Positions 42,179-50,952 of a DNA stretch of 64,000 nucleotides are shown piece by piece. Within the stretch, counting starts at the first letter, position 1. The number at the start of each line of letters is the position of its first letter. The stretch lies in contig CAMTYB010000001.1 of NCBI GenBank assembly GCA_947085855.1, positions 737,421 through 801,420 of the forward strand. The letters are read 5' to 3'. The notes under the pieces are model-generated. The model ran no database searches, was not told the DNA's origin, and saw only the letters and a program-made list of their open reading frames with translations. This DNA is from an uncultured Candidatus Saccharibacteria bacterium (GTDB taxonomy: Bacteria; Patescibacteriota; Saccharimonadia; Saccharimonadales; 2-12-FULL-41-12). A program made the position numbers and the translations under genes.

Positions 42179-43437
42179 TGGCCGGTTTACCGAGCAGCTT
42201 TTTTATAGGTAATCGGCGTGAATTACGCAAACGCGTAGCGGCCGAAAATAAAGACACATCACTGACTGTAATTACCGGCAACAGCTTGTTGCAGGCCAGT
42301 GCTGATATAACGCACCCATTTGTACAAGACAGTAATTTCTTTTATCTGACCGGTCTGCAAGAACCGGGTTTGGTGTTAGTTATGGATGGGGCAGATGAAT
42401 ATATTATTCTCCCTGAACATGATGCGATTCGCGATACCTTTGATGGAGCACTAGAAACTGATGGACTGGCTACAACATCGGGTATCAAGACCTTTGAATC
42501 TGCTGCGGCTGGCTGGCAGCGACTCGAAAAGTCTCTTAAAAAGCATGCCGCGCCAATCGGCATTTTGCAGCCAATTGACCCATATATTCCACACTTCATG
42601 ATGTTCACAAGCCCCAGTCGGCAGTATCTGCTGAATCATTTACAAGAACTACAGAGTGATGTGAGCTATCTGGACGTACGCGCGATACTTGCAGCTATGC
42701 GCATGATCAAGCAGCCGGCAGAGATCAAGCAAATCCAAGCGGCCATTGGCTATACAATCGCTGCGTTTGGCGACATTGAATCGATGTTAGACACCGCAAA
42801 CAGTGAAACCGATATCTTGCTGGCGTTAACTCAGTATAAGATCATGCATCAACTTGACTACGGCTATGAACCAATTATTGCCAGTGGCAAGAACGCGGTG
42901 ACGCTGCACTATAGTGACAACAATGCGCCCCTACACAAGAAGGACGTCCTCTTGTTTGATATTGGCCTCAAGCAGCACGGTTACAGTGCTGATATTAGCC
43001 GAACTGTATCGCTCGGTGTGCCGAGTAAGCGGCAGCAGCAGGTATACGAAGCGGTTGCCAAAGTCCAAGACGAGGCTTTTCGGCTACTTAAGCCCGGCTT
43101 GGTGCTGAAAGATTATGAAAATCTGATGGAAACCTATATGGGTGAACAGTTGATTGAGCTGGGCTTAATCACAAAGATTGATAAAGAATCCGTGCGCACC
43201 TATTATCCGCACCGAACCTCGCATTTCTTGGGTGTCGACCTGCATGACGTTGGAAATTACGAGGCACCATTAGAGCCGGGAACGGTGTTGACGGTCGAGC
43301 CCGGTATTTACATCCCAGAGGAAGGAATTGGGGTTCGGATTGAGGACAACATTGTCCTCACCAAAGCTGGTTACGATAATCTAACCGAACAGTTGCCGCG
43401 TACCTTGACGTCACTTACAATGAGGTCCAATGGCTAA
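42178..43437 (+). CDS. Xaa-Pro aminopeptidase (M24B)
   Basis: 419 aa with a GTG start. The metal-ligand contexts are LFDIGLKQHGYSADISRT, TSHFLGVDLHD and VEPGIYIPEEGIGVRIEDN. Confidence 0.85.
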   Translation: MAGLPSSFFIGNRRELRKRVAAENKDTSLTVITGNSLLQASADITHPFVQDSNFFYLTGLQEPGLVLVMDGADEYIILPEHDAIRDTFDGALETDGLATTSGIKTFESAAAGWQRLEKSLKKHAAPIGILQPIDPYIPHFMMFTSPSRQYLLNHLQELQSDVSYLDVRAILAAMRMIKQPAEIKQIQAAIGYTIAAFGDIESMLDTANSETDILLALTQYKIMHQLDYGYEPIIASGKNAVTLHYSDNNAPLHKKDVLLFDIGLKQHGYSADISRTVSLGVPSKRQQQVYEAVAKVQDEAFRLLKPGLVLKDYENLMETYMGEQLIELGLITKIDKESVRTYYPHRTSHFLGVDLHDVGNYEAPLEPGTVLTVEPGIYIPEEGIGVRIEDNIVLTKAGYDNLTEQLPRTLTSLTMRSNG

Positions 43438-43810
43438 GACCAAAAACCTCTCGTTTGTAAATCTGTTTCTATTTCGCTGGTTTGTATCGTCGCTCGGGCT
43501 ATGGATTGCGGCGGGCTTACTGGGCGGCGGAATTGACTACCAAAGTCGTTTTCGTGTGATTGTGATCTCTGGTTTGATCTTGGCATTGGTGAATACGATC
43601 GTAAAGCCAATTGTGGTGCTCATTACGTTGCCAGCCATCTTGTTTAGTCTGGGCTTATTCATGATTGTCATTAACGGCTTTATGGTATTGGTAGCCAGTA
43701 AGCTATACGAACCATTACATGTAACGAATTTTTGGGCGGCTATGCTTGCAGGTATGATCATTGGACTGGTAAACTATCTAGTACTGACTATTCTGGAGGA
43801 CAAACAGTAA
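43430..43810 (+). CDS. DUF360 / phage-holin-4-like small membrane protein
   Basis: 126 aa with 4 TM helices. The pattern ...LVNTIVKPIVVLITLPAILFSLGLFMIVINGFMVLVASK... is typical of the YvlD/DUF360 family. Confidence 0.6.
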   Translation: MAKTKNLSFVNLFLFRWFVSSLGLWIAAGLLGGGIDYQSRFRVIVISGLILALVNTIVKPIVVLITLPAILFSLGLFMIVINGFMVLVASKLYEPLHVTNFWAAMLAGMIIGLVNYLVLTILEDKQ

Positions 43811-43811
43811 A

Positions 43812-44027
43812 ATGAGCATTTTTGGCTACATAGCGATCGTTTCAATGGTCATTATGACAATTTTGATTTTGTTACAAACCCGTGGTGCTGGTCTTGGCGC
43901 CGGACTCGGTGGTGGTGGGGAAGTTAATACGGTGCGTCGAGGTTCTGACAAGACGATTCACCAGATCACAATCTTGATGGCAACAGTTTTTGCCGTCTCG
44001 CTTTTGTTGATCGTGCTTGATCGATAA
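43812..44027 (+). CDS. secG: preprotein translocase subunit SecG
   Basis: 71 aa with two TM helices flanking LLQTRGAGLGAGLGGGGE. Confidence 0.7.
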   Translation: MSIFGYIAIVSMVIMTILILLQTRGAGLGAGLGGGGEVNTVRRGSDKTIHQITILMATVFAVSLLLIVLDR

Positions 44028-44041
44028 CACGCAACACCCCC

Positions 44042-45826
44042 ATGATTAATCGCACTACCAAGTTACGCTGGCGCCGGGTAATCCGTCGTCGCAAGCGCCA
44101 AGTCGAAGAAATTAGTATGTCTACGGAGCAGAACTTTGAGCGGCACCTCATCCGTCGTCTTGTTCGCTTACCGCAGGTACGTCGCTTTGTATTTGGCTGG
44201 ATCGGCCTGATGGCCGTCCTTAGCATTGGCGTAGTTTTGCAGACGCGTGCCCTCGATGAGACGTACAAAACTGTTCAGCCCAAGCCAGGCGGCATTTACA
44301 ACGAAGGTGTCATCGGTTCGTTTTCTAACGCCAACCCGCTCTTTAGTTCGAACTCGGTTGATAGTTCGGTGTCACGATTGATATTTGCCGGTCTCTTAAA
44401 ATACAATAGCCAAAACCAATTGGTTAATGACATGGCCGAACAGATGTCAGTCGATCCAACCGAAAAAATCTACACCGTTAAACTTCGTTCAGACGTGCAG
44501 TGGCACGATGGTAAGCCAGTCACGGCTCAAGATGTGGCGTTTACCTATAAAATGATCCAAAATCCTGACACCAAATCATACCTGTATCCGAGTTGGCAAA
44601 ATATCCGAGTTGAGGCAGTTGATAATCGGACAGTTGTTTTCACCTTACCCAACAGCTTTAGCTCGTTTGCTCATTCGCTAACCAACGGCATTATTCCGGA
44701 ACACGTACTTGGTTCGGTCAAGCCAATCCAGATGCGCTCCAATACCTTTAATAATGTAACCCCGATTGGCAGCGGTCCCTTTACATTTAGCGATGTGGAA
44801 GTAGTTGGTCAGACAGCGGAAAATCGCCAAGAACGAATTGCCGCTAAAGCCTTTGACCGTTATCATAGCGGCAAACCGAAACTGGACGCTATTAACATTC
44901 GGACCTACACCAACGAAAAAGCCTTAGTGAAGGCGTACGAAGACAAGCAAATCAATGCTATGGCTGGCCTGGAGTCTATGCCGGATTCTCTCAAGAACAA
45001 GAGCGAGAACCAAGAATACAACGTGCCGCTAACCGGGCAAGTTCTCGTGTTCTTCCGGACCTCACAGGATGTGCTAAAAGACGTAACGGTTCGAAAAGCC
45101 TTGGTGCTGGCTGCCGACAAAAAGCAGATCCTGAATCAAGTCCCATATCCGCTCAACGCTATTGATGAGCCGCTACTCAAATCGCACACAGGCTATAACA
45201 AAGCCTTTCAGCAAGTGACCAACAATCCCGAAGAAGCCAAGCGCATGCTGGATCAAGCGGGCTGGATGGCTGATCCGACTACAGGCATGAGATCTAAAGA
45301 TGGCGTGAAGCTTAGTTTTCGTCTATATTCACAGGCTACAGCCGAATACGCGAGCGTAACCGGTACCTTGCAGAAGCAATGGCGAGCAGTTGGGGCTGAT
45401 GTGCAGGTAGAGTTGCAGCCAGACCAGGATCTGCAAAGTACCCTGGCAGTTCACAGTTATGACGCACTCTTATACGGCATTTCAGTCGGATCAGACCCGG
45501 ATGTGTTTGCCTTTTGGCATAGTTCACAAACCGACCCGCGCTCAACGACGCGTCTGAACTTTAGTGAGTATCGTTCGAATGAAGCTGACTTGGCGCTGGC
45601 CGCTGGTCGAACAAGATCAGATGCCCAGCTGCGTTCAGTAAAGTATCAGCCTTTCTTGGAAGCCTGGCGCAAAGACGCTCCAGCGCTCGCGCTGTATCAG
45701 CCGAGATTCTTGTATGTTGCACGATCTCCATTCGCCGGCTTTAACTCAGATGAAGCTAACACTGCCGCTGACCGATTTGCCAATGTTGAGAACTGGACAA
45801 TTCGAGAAGGTTTGCAGACCAAATGA
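44042..45826 (+). CDS. ABC transporter substrate-binding protein, family 5 (peptide/nickel type), membrane-anchored
   Basis: 594 aa. YTVKLRSDVQWHDGKPVTAQDVAFTYKMIQNP is typical of SBP_bac_5. No permease or ATPase genes are adjacent. Confidence 0.8.
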   Translation: MINRTTKLRWRRVIRRRKRQVEEISMSTEQNFERHLIRRLVRLPQVRRFVFGWIGLMAVLSIGVVLQTRALDETYKTVQPKPGGIYNEGVIGSFSNANPLFSSNSVDSSVSRLIFAGLLKYNSQNQLVNDMAEQMSVDPTEKIYTVKLRSDVQWHDGKPVTAQDVAFTYKMIQNPDTKSYLYPSWQNIRVEAVDNRTVVFTLPNSFSSFAHSLTNGIIPEHVLGSVKPIQMRSNTFNNVTPIGSGPFTFSDVEVVGQTAENRQERIAAKAFDRYHSGKPKLDAINIRTYTNEKALVKAYEDKQINAMAGLESMPDSLKNKSENQEYNVPLTGQVLVFFRTSQDVLKDVTVRKALVLAADKKQILNQVPYPLNAIDEPLLKSHTGYNKAFQQVTNNPEEAKRMLDQAGWMADPTTGMRSKDGVKLSFRLYSQATAEYASVTGTLQKQWRAVGADVQVELQPDQDLQSTLAVHSYDALLYGISVGSDPDVFAFWHSSQTDPRSTTRLNFSEYRSNEADLALAAGRTRSDAQLRSVKYQPFLEAWRKDAPALALYQPRFLYVARSPFAGFNSDEANTAADRFANVENWTIREGLQTK

Positions 45827-45943
45827 TCGCGACTACACTCTGTAATGTGCTACTATAGTTGGGAATATACTCATGCTTGCCAGGGTCAGACAATCCGTCA
45901 GGGCAGAGCTGTGTCGTTAGTAACAAAGGGATCTTAGTTATTC

Positions 45944-47581
45944 ATGAATAAAGTCGCGCATTACCTCCAAGAACACTTAATGGGTGAAGTCATGACCGAC
46001 CTCGATGTGCGTCAATACTTCTCTACCGACACGAGTGTTTTTGAGCAGCTACCGGCCATCGTGGTCTATCCGCGCAACGAGAACGACATTCGGAAGACCG
46101 CTCGCTTTACCTGGCAATTAGCCGAACGTGAACGCATCATCCCGATGACTGCACGGGGTGCCGGTACTGACCAATCCGGTGGTGCCATCGGCAAGGGCGT
46201 TATATTGGCTTTTCCGGCACATATGAATAAAATCCTCGAGCTAGATACTCGCTCTGGTGCGGTCACTGTTGAGCCTGGCCTGAACTATGGTAAATTGCAG
46301 CAAACGCTGCACACGCACGGCCGCTTTTTGCCGCCATTCCCGTCTTCGGTAGAGTACTCGACCATCGGCGGTGCTGTGGCCAACAACGCCTCTGGCGAGA
46401 AGACGGTTAAATACGGTCCAACCAAGAATTTTGTCGATGGCCTGCGCGTTGTGCTGGCTAACGGCGAAGCCATTGAAACCAAACGACTCAATAAGCGTGA
46501 GCTGAGCAAGAAGATGGGCCTAGCTACTTTTGAAGGTGAAGTGTACCGAGCACTCGATGCCTTGATCGAAGAAAACCACGACCTCGTCAAAAGTATGTCG
46601 CTCGACTTGAGCAAGAATACGGCGGGCTACGATCTCAGCTCGGTCAAGCAGAAGAACGGTTCGTTTGACCTGACGCCACTCTTTGTTGGCTCTCAGGGAA
46701 CACTCGGTATTATTAGCGAGGCAACCATTGCCACTGAGCCGTATAACCCAAACACGACCTTGATTGCAGCGTTTGTTAAAGATTTGCGCCAAGTGACTGA
46801 AATTGTCACCGAGTTGCGTAAATTCTCAAAGATCCCCTGTGCCATTGAATTAGTCGACAAGCACCTGCTTGATTTTGTGTACAAAACCAACCCAAATCAG
46901 CTACGTGGTATCATTGAGCCACCGTTCCCAGCCTTGGTCATGCTGATCGAGTTTGATGACCCAACGGCAAAGACCCAGAAGAAGTTGGCCAAAAAAGTCA
47001 CCAAACTACTCAAAGAGTTTGATCTGAAGAGTGTAGTTGAAACGGATGCCCATAAAAAAGAGGAGCTCTGGAAGATTCGCCATAGTGCGGCCTCGATCAT
47101 CTCGTCTAACCAGGGTATGGCTCGAGCCGTCCCGATTATTGAAGACGGCATTGTGCCGATCGATCGCTTTGATGAGTATCTAGAGAATGTCTACGCACTA
47201 TTTGAACGCAACCACCTACAAGTGGCAATCTGGGGACATGCTGGCAATGCCAATGTGCACATGGAGCCATTTCTCGATTTGAGCCAGCTTGGCGACCGCC
47301 AGACGGCCTTCCGGGTGATCGACGACTACTACAATATGGTCATCGACTTAGGTGGCAGCACGAGCGGTGAGCACAACGACGGTCGTTTGCGGGCACCATA
47401 TTTGTCAAAACTCTACGGAGAAGAAATTTACGAAATCTTCCGTAAAGTGAAGGCCATTTTTGATCCGTACGGCACGCTTAATCCAGGGGTAAAACTAGAT
47501 GTTACCATCGAGGATAACCGAGCCATGCTTCGTAAAGAGTACTCTATTAGCCATTTGGCCGATCACATGCCCCGCACTTAG
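45944..47581 (+). CDS. FAD-linked oxidase (PCMH-type FAD-binding domain, GlcD/D-lactate dehydrogenase-like)
   Basis: 545 aa. RGAGTDQSGGAIG lies in the FAD_binding_4 region, and the C-terminal oxidase domain ends ...GEHNDGRLR...FDPYGTLNPG. Confidence 0.82.
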   Translation: MNKVAHYLQEHLMGEVMTDLDVRQYFSTDTSVFEQLPAIVVYPRNENDIRKTARFTWQLAERERIIPMTARGAGTDQSGGAIGKGVILAFPAHMNKILELDTRSGAVTVEPGLNYGKLQQTLHTHGRFLPPFPSSVEYSTIGGAVANNASGEKTVKYGPTKNFVDGLRVVLANGEAIETKRLNKRELSKKMGLATFEGEVYRALDALIEENHDLVKSMSLDLSKNTAGYDLSSVKQKNGSFDLTPLFVGSQGTLGIISEATIATEPYNPNTTLIAAFVKDLRQVTEIVTELRKFSKIPCAIELVDKHLLDFVYKTNPNQLRGIIEPPFPALVMLIEFDDPTAKTQKKLAKKVTKLLKEFDLKSVVETDAHKKEELWKIRHSAASIISSNQGMARAVPIIEDGIVPIDRFDEYLENVYALFERNHLQVAIWGHAGNANVHMEPFLDLSQLGDRQTAFRVIDDYYNMVIDLGGSTSGEHNDGRLRAPYLSKLYGEEIYEIFRKVKAIFDPYGTLNPGVKLDVTIEDNRAMLRKEYSISHLADHMPRT

Positions 47582-47603
47582 CTAAATAGCTATAGTTAAC
47601 ATT

Positions 47604-48323
47604 TTGTTAATATTGCGTTGCTATCATAAAGACGTGACAAGGTATAACTATAAAAAAGAATACGTTTGGAATGAGGATATCTCATATATTGCTGGCCTTA
47701 TTGCATCCGACGGCTGTCTTTATAATGATGGTCGGCATATAAACTTTACGTCAAAGGATATTGAATTAGTAAAAGCGCTAATAGAGATTCTTCACTTGAA
47801 GTCGAAAATATCTTTAAAACAAAGCGGTTTTGGTACTTGGGCGTATTTTGTACAGTTTAGCGATGTCTCCCTGTATGATTTTTTGGCAAGTGCCGGTATT
47901 GGGCCAGCAAAGAGCAAGACCATACATGAAGTACTAGTGCCCACGGAATACTTTGGGGACTTTTTGCGCGGCTACTTCGATGGCGATGGTACAGTGTATG
48001 CTACTACAGATCGTCGTTATCCCAATGCATTCTTGTTCTATATTGCTTATGCATCAGCGAGCAGGGTATTTCTTGAATGGATACAGAGTATGAATGTTCT
48101 TGCCGGTGCCGGGAAAGGTAGTATTAAGCGTTCGACAAGAGTTTTTGTATTAAGCTACAGTAAGCAAGATGCCGGTAAGTTGTGGGAAATTATGTATGAT
48201 TCTCGATCACGGTATTTTTTGCAAAGAAAAAGAGAAAAATTAAGAGGTTTCTTGGACAGGCATACTTATGGTAGTATAGATTCCTATGCGCGAGTGGCGG
48301 AATTGGTAGACGCGTCAGATTGA
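47604..48323 (+). CDS. free-standing double-motif LAGLIDADG homing endonuclease-like protein
   Basis: 239 aa. Motif 1 is YIAGLIASDGCL and motif 2, about 95 aa later, is FLRGYFDGDGTV. There is no in-frame ATG near the 5' end (TTG at 47604, TTG at 47613, GTG at 47634). The last 36 nt overlap tRNA-Leu. Confidence 0.72.
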   Translation: MLILRCYHKDVTRYNYKKEYVWNEDISYIAGLIASDGCLYNDGRHINFTSKDIELVKALIEILHLKSKISLKQSGFGTWAYFVQFSDVSLYDFLASAGIGPAKSKTIHEVLVPTEYFGDFLRGYFDGDGTVYATTDRRYPNAFLFYIAYASASRVFLEWIQSMNVLAGAGKGSIKRSTRVFVLSYSKQDAGKLWEIMYDSRSRYFLQRKREKLRGFLDRHTYGSIDSYARVAELVDASD

Positions 48324-48374
48324 GGTTCTGGTGGCCGCAAGGCTGTGGAGGTTCAAGTCCTCTCTCGCGCACCA
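48288..48374 (+). tRNA. tRNA-Leu(GAG), CCA encoded
   Basis: Hand-folded. Acceptor GCGCGAG/CTCGCGC; D-arm TGGCGGAATTGGTAGACGC; anticodon stem TCAGA/TCTGG with loop TTGAGGT; a long variable arm; T-arm GGAGG-TTCAAGT-CCTCT; then ACCA. Confidence 0.9.
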
Positions 48375-48516
48375 TTGAAGTCAAGGCTGAACTGGAACTT
48401 TGGTTTCGCTTCCGTCCTTCTGTGAGCACCAGGAATGATCTCGTTTACACGTACGACGCTTGACATCGTTTCTCTAGTGCTTGCGATTTGATAGAAGTAA
48501 GGTATCATTGCTAAAT

Positions 48517-49284
48517 ATGAGTAAACCAGGTTATGAAACCTTAGCGGATAGCATGAACCAATTGCTATACGATCGGATTGCCTCCGCTAACCCTATTGAA
48601 GTACTGAGCACGCGCAACGACAAACTATTGCAAGTGGTTGAAGCCTCTGACGGCGAGCGGTTTGTCACAAGGAGCTATACTCCGGAAGCGGTCGAAGAGA
48701 TTGAATATAATTATGGACTTGATTTTCAAACGTCTTGGCAAGGTCTGAATGAGGCGCTTACGGCTGTCGACATCGAGATTGTGCCAAGCCGGCTGGTAGA
48801 AGTAAAAGGCGGTGAATATCCGTTCGTTATCGTGAGTGAATACCTAGAAGGCGCAAAACCGTTGGCCGATGCTTCGACTGACACCAAGAAAGATGTTGCC
48901 ACTGGACTTAGTAAACTCCTGGTTACTGATTGTGATTATGTGCCGTCACGCGAGATGGTACGAGAAGATATGTTTTTAGTCGTCGAGCGTGACGATCATG
49001 AGAAAGCGTTGCTTGCTGATGTTGATCCGCTTGTTGCATCGGCATACAAAATACAAGAGACTGATCAAAATTGTGAATTCTACATAGACAAGCTCGCAGA
49101 GCTAGCATGGGATAGATGGTGTATCACTCTCGATGAGCGTAAAGCGGTTGCAGCTGCTATGGTTATGACGCTGGGCGATTTTGCCCGCGATAGGTTTGAC
49201 CTAGAGAGTGGCACAAGCCGGGCTTTCATGGACCTTCACGAGATGAGCAACGGCGTAGATAGTCGCAAGATGTGGGCGTCTTGA
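48517..49284 (+). CDS. hypothetical protein with weak protein-kinase-fold-like features
   Basis: The start is taken at MSKPGYETL (the track start is 48481). It has a hinge-like FVIVSEYLEGAKPL and a later ...LLADVDPLV. Canonical catalytic-loop motifs are not seen. Confidence 0.5.
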   Translation: MSKPGYETLADSMNQLLYDRIASANPIEVLSTRNDKLLQVVEASDGERFVTRSYTPEAVEEIEYNYGLDFQTSWQGLNEALTAVDIEIVPSRLVEVKGGEYPFVIVSEYLEGAKPLADASTDTKKDVATGLSKLLVTDCDYVPSREMVREDMFLVVERDDHEKALLADVDPLVASAYKIQETDQNCEFYIDKLAELAWDRWCITLDERKAVAAAMVMTLGDFARDRFDLESGTSRAFMDLHEMSNGVDSRKMWAS

Positions 49285-49398
49285 AGGGGTTACTAGCACG
49301 TATATTCAAGCGAACCATACCTAGAAGGAAATAAACCACTGTTAAAGTCAAAGAATTGGCATTTCAGTAATACAATTTTTACAACAAGCCGGCATTAG

Positions 49399-49414
49399 AT
49401 ATCATATATGATAT
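49399..49414. repeat. perfect 16-bp palindrome ATATCATATATGATAT in an AT-rich intergenic region
   Basis: The sequence is self-complementary on inspection. It lies in the 338-nt non-coding gap upstream of the kinase gene. Confidence 0.6.
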
Positions 49415-49571
49415 AACTTCAGGTAATTTTAACTAATGCTTACATTCTATTAGGAAAAATACCGAATTGTTGTTGAAAAGCAAAATTGATGGGCTTACCA
49501 TGGATTATAGAGACCTTAACTAACCACCAGCAGTAAGATCTAAGATATAAATTAAAAAATTGCCGCAAAGA

Positions 49572-49603
49572 GTTAAGAAGAAATAAAGACTTCTTAACTT
49601 TTA
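49572..49603 (+). terminator. terminator-like hairpin 20 nt upstream of the kinase start codon
   Basis: GTTAAGAAG (49572-80) pairs perfectly with CTTCTTAAC (49590-98) around a 9-nt loop, followed by TTTTAAG. Confidence 0.45.
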
Positions 49604-49622
49604 AGACAAAAGGGAAATAAAA

Positions 49623-50627
49623 GTGGCTAACGCAGCGCCAATCGAACAACTTGCTCGAAACTTAGAGGGTCAATACTTCACCAACAAGCCTATCCTGGAT
49701 GTGGGAGCAGAAATTGATAATCGATTTCTGGTACGAAACGAAATAGGTAAGGGCGGCCAGGCGGTCGTCTATGGTGCATTCGACGATGTTACTGAGCAAG
49801 AAGTAGCCCTTAAAATTCCCGTGCTTGAGTCAGAAGATTCTCTCGGCAGAGCAGTTCGTGAAGCAGTCGTCACTAAGGTTCTATCGGAAAAAACCGAAGA
49901 CGTTGTGCCGTTTGTGGCGAGCGGTGTAAGCGAAAATGACTACAAACACCCGTTGCTTTATTTGGCAACCAAGCAGATGCCAAATGATACACTCGGTAGC
50001 CAGATAGCGAAGCATAATCGACGCAAAGAAGCCATGCCTATTGATGCTGTCCTGAGGGCAGTCCTGCCAGCTTGTAGGGCTCTTAAAGTAATGCATGAAG
50101 AAGAACATCTAGTGCATCGCGATATCAAAATTGGCAATGTTCTAATCGACGAGCATGGCAATGGTCGATTAGCCGACTTCGGTATTGTGGCGGCCGAAAG
50201 ATTTGAGCCTGAGTTTTTTGAAGATCAGCACATTTCACCAGATGTCGTGCTGGGTTCACTGACGGCAACCGAGTCTCTGGTAGGTGTTTTACAGAATATG
50301 CCGCCAGAAGTTATATTTAGCGAACAAGGCTTTACCGAAGAGTCGGACACTTTCTTGACAGGAGTGATGTTGCATCACACTTTGACTGGATCTTCGCATA
50401 TGCCTCGAACCAGTAATACTCCGACTATGCATCGGTACAATATGGAGCACTATGCGCCACCGATCGCAGCAGATTTTGGTGGTCATGTGCCGAGAGACCT
50501 CGCGCAGCTCGCAATCGCCTGTTTGGACCGTCAGCCCCAGCACAGACCAACTATGAGTGAAGTGGTCGTAAAACTCGAAGATGAAGCTCTTCAAGTCGAA
50601 GCTTCAGCAAATCTGGTTGCCGCCTAG
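49623..50627 (+). CDS. Hanks-type Ser/Thr protein kinase (soluble, 334 aa)
   Basis: GTG start. G-loop GKGGQAVVYGA, VALKIP, catalytic loop HRDIKIGNVLI, ADFG and PPE. Confidence 0.85.
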   Translation: MANAAPIEQLARNLEGQYFTNKPILDVGAEIDNRFLVRNEIGKGGQAVVYGAFDDVTEQEVALKIPVLESEDSLGRAVREAVVTKVLSEKTEDVVPFVASGVSENDYKHPLLYLATKQMPNDTLGSQIAKHNRRKEAMPIDAVLRAVLPACRALKVMHEEEHLVHRDIKIGNVLIDEHGNGRLADFGIVAAERFEPEFFEDQHISPDVVLGSLTATESLVGVLQNMPPEVIFSEQGFTEESDTFLTGVMLHHTLTGSSHMPRTSNTPTMHRYNMEHYAPPIAADFGGHVPRDLAQLAIACLDRQPQHRPTMSEVVVKLEDEALQVEASANLVAA

Positions 50628-50643
50628 ATTATTTCTCCACATC

Positions 50644-50652
50644 TGTTATAAT
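50644..50652 (+). promoter_or_regulatory. extended -10 box TGTTATAAT upstream of the tRNA cluster
   Basis: An exact TGnTATAAT, 22 nt upstream of the tRNA-Val 5' end. Confidence 0.5.
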
Positions 50653-50674
50653 ATCGTGGTTGTATTGAATACTT

Positions 50675-50751
50675 GGGTGATTAGCTCAGTTGGCTAGAGC
50701 ACCTCGTTTACACCGAGGGGGTCGGGGGTTCGAATCCCTCATCACCCACCA
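50675..50751 (+). tRNA. tRNA-Val(TAC), CCA encoded
   Basis: Hand-folded. GGGTGAT/ATCACCC acceptor; GCTC-AGTTGGCTA-GAGC; CCTCG-TTTACAC-CGAGG; GGGGG-TTCGAAT-CCCTC; then ACCA. Confidence 0.92.
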
Positions 50752-50777
50752 TACAGTACCTTATAATTACTAGGTGT

Positions 50778-50853
50778 GGCTCTTTAGCTCAGTTGGTAGA
50801 GCAGAGGCCTGAAGAGCCTTGTGTCCCCAGTTCGAGTCTGGGAGGAGCCACCA
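50778..50853 (+). tRNA. tRNA-Phe(GAA), CCA encoded
   Basis: Hand-folded. GGCTCTT/AGGAGCC acceptor with one GU pair; anticodon arm GAGGC-CTGAAGA-GCCTT; T-arm CCCAG-TTCGAGT-CTGGG; then ACCA. Confidence 0.92.
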
Positions 50854-50876
50854 AATACAACACCAACCATCACTAT

Positions 50877-50952
50877 GCGGGTGTAGCTCAGTTGATAGAG
50901 CGCTTCCTTGCCAAGGAAGAGGCCAGGAGTTTGAGTCTCCTCACCCGCACCA
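50877..50952 (+). tRNA. tRNA-Gly(GCC), CCA encoded; integration target (attL)
   Basis: Hand-folded. GCGGGTG/CACCCGC acceptor; anticodon arm CTTCC-TTGCCAA-GGAAG; T-arm AGGAG-TTTGAGT-CTCCT; then ACCA. Its last 18 nt recur at 57484-57501 and 58341-58358. Confidence 0.92.

Noticed and set aside
49440-49649. A 69-aa minus-strand ORF in the AT-rich gap that overlaps the kinase start.
   Set aside because: Its Phe/Leu/Lys/Asn-rich sequence is typical of random ORFs in AT-rich DNA, and it overlaps the kinase start codon and the hairpin.
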